This document shows positions 60,693 to 64,000 of a stretch of DNA of 64,000 nucleotides, piece after piece. The position numbers and the translations under genes are program-made. The notes under the pieces were generated by a model. That model searched no databases, had not been told where the DNA came from, and saw nothing but the letters and a program-made list of their open reading frames with translations. Numbering within the stretch: the first letter of the stretch is position 1; each line of letters starts with the position of its first letter. Source of the DNA: the human T2T-CHM13v2.0 reference genome, Homo sapiens; NCBI RefSeq assembly GCF_009914755.1, contig NC_060933.1. The stretch is one strand, 5' to 3'.

Positions 60693-61199
60693 AAGGTGTC
60701 AGCGGGCAGAGGGAGCAGTTATTAGAGAAGGAAAAAAGAAGCGAAGATCTTTTAAATAACAGTTCTTTGGGAAAATGCAGCAAGCACTCTCCTCTAAATT
60801 AATTTTCTACATTCTCAGTCTAATAATCCAGATGATGGCTAATTTTCAAGGCAATCTAAATGGTTTTATATGGGGTTTCCTATGTAAATCCTTAGAGCGT
60901 TCTTTGATAGGCACTATGGCACATTTTAATCTAAGTTCTGCATTTTAGTTGATCCATTGAAAGATCATCTTAGAACTAAAATGTTATCTTTAGAAATTCT
61001 TAACCCCTGAGGATGATAATTAATGATCAAAATGCGTGTAGAGCCTACACAGCAAGTCAGAATATCAAAATGATTAACTTAGCCATGCACATCACTGGGG
61101 TTTCTTAATTATGCAATAAATTCAATGAAAATTGTGAGGGTTTCTCTTTTCTCCAAAATGAAAACAGGTTTCTTTGTCTGATATGTGAAAAATTCCATC

Positions 61200-61635
<436 letters not shown>

Positions 61636-61694
<59 letters not shown>

Positions 61695-61740
61695 CACATA
61701 TATATATATATATATGTGTATATACATATATATATATATG
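61636..61740. repeat. (TA)n-rich alternating purine-pyrimidine tract
   Basis: 23 uninterrupted TA units (61641-61686), then interrupted TA. Confidence 0.97.
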
Positions 61741-61923
61741 AAGTCCAGGATCCCAAACCCTCCCATTGGAAACTATCACCATTAACATTTTGATGTATGG
61801 CATTCTAAACATTTTTCTAAGCTTATCTGTATATAGGAACTTTTTCAAAATTAAGATTATTATTCATAGAATTTGTAACTCTGAAACATACTATTAATAC
61901 TTATCTATGTCAATAAATATTCT

Positions 61924-63720
<1,797 letters not shown>

Positions 63721-63865
63721 CCAAAATTTTTAAAAAACTAACCAAAAGCCAGTGTCACCATAAAAGCAGAAGCAGCAAAACAAAGTGGCTGAAAACAATT
63801 CTGAAACTAGAATTCCTGGGTTCAAGTTCAGCTCTGTCTCTAGTTGTGTGACCTTAAACAAATTA

Positions 63866-64000
63866 CAGTCATGCATCATTTAACAATCTGCATACATTTT
63901 GAGAAATGCATCATTAGGCAATTCCTTCATTGTGTGAAGTCACAGAGTGTACTTACACAAACCTAGATAGTAGAGCCTGCTACTCACTTAGGCTGTATGG
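63866..64000. mobile_element. Tigger3 (Golem)-type DNA transposon terminus, truncated by the window edge
   Basis: ta|cagtcatgcatcatttaac...tgagaaatgcatcattaggc...agagtgtacttacacaaacctagat. Confidence 0.85.

Noticed and set aside
60599-60802. Poly-Glu ORF
   Set aside because: Produced by the (GAG)n microsatellite. No recognisable homology or supporting splice structure.

Overview
Human (primate) genomic DNA from the middle of the SUSD1 gene (sushi domain-containing protein 1), transcribed from the minus strand. Seven GT-AG coding exons splice into one continuous reading frame: 47658-47837, 36160-36257, 35043-35229, 25556-25665, 21868-22060, 3475-3566 and 1934-2120 (probably exons 6-12; numbering from memory). 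They encode one sushi/CCP domain followed by three tandem copies of a two-exon, phase 1-0-1, ~95-100 aa fibronectin type III-like module with a conserved Cys pair and conserved N-glycosylation sequons. The rest is intron: about 50 Alus (roughly a quarter of the window), old L1/L2/MIR/CR1 fragments, MaLR and ERVL-type LTRs, MER5/MER58/Tigger/Tc2 DNA transposon relics, a U6 snRNA retropseudogene and several microsatellites. Nearly all ORF-track entries are Alu-, L1- or low-complexity-derived and are not genes. I found no evidence of a wholly new system. The best leads are the triplicated frame-symmetric FN3-like module bracketed by inverted Alus, a perfect 63-bp duplication, a three-monomer Alu, a 275-bp purine tract, a 66-bp perfect TA palindrome and a CTCF-like site. 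Repeat family names come from recalled consensus sequences, and repeat boundaries are approximate.
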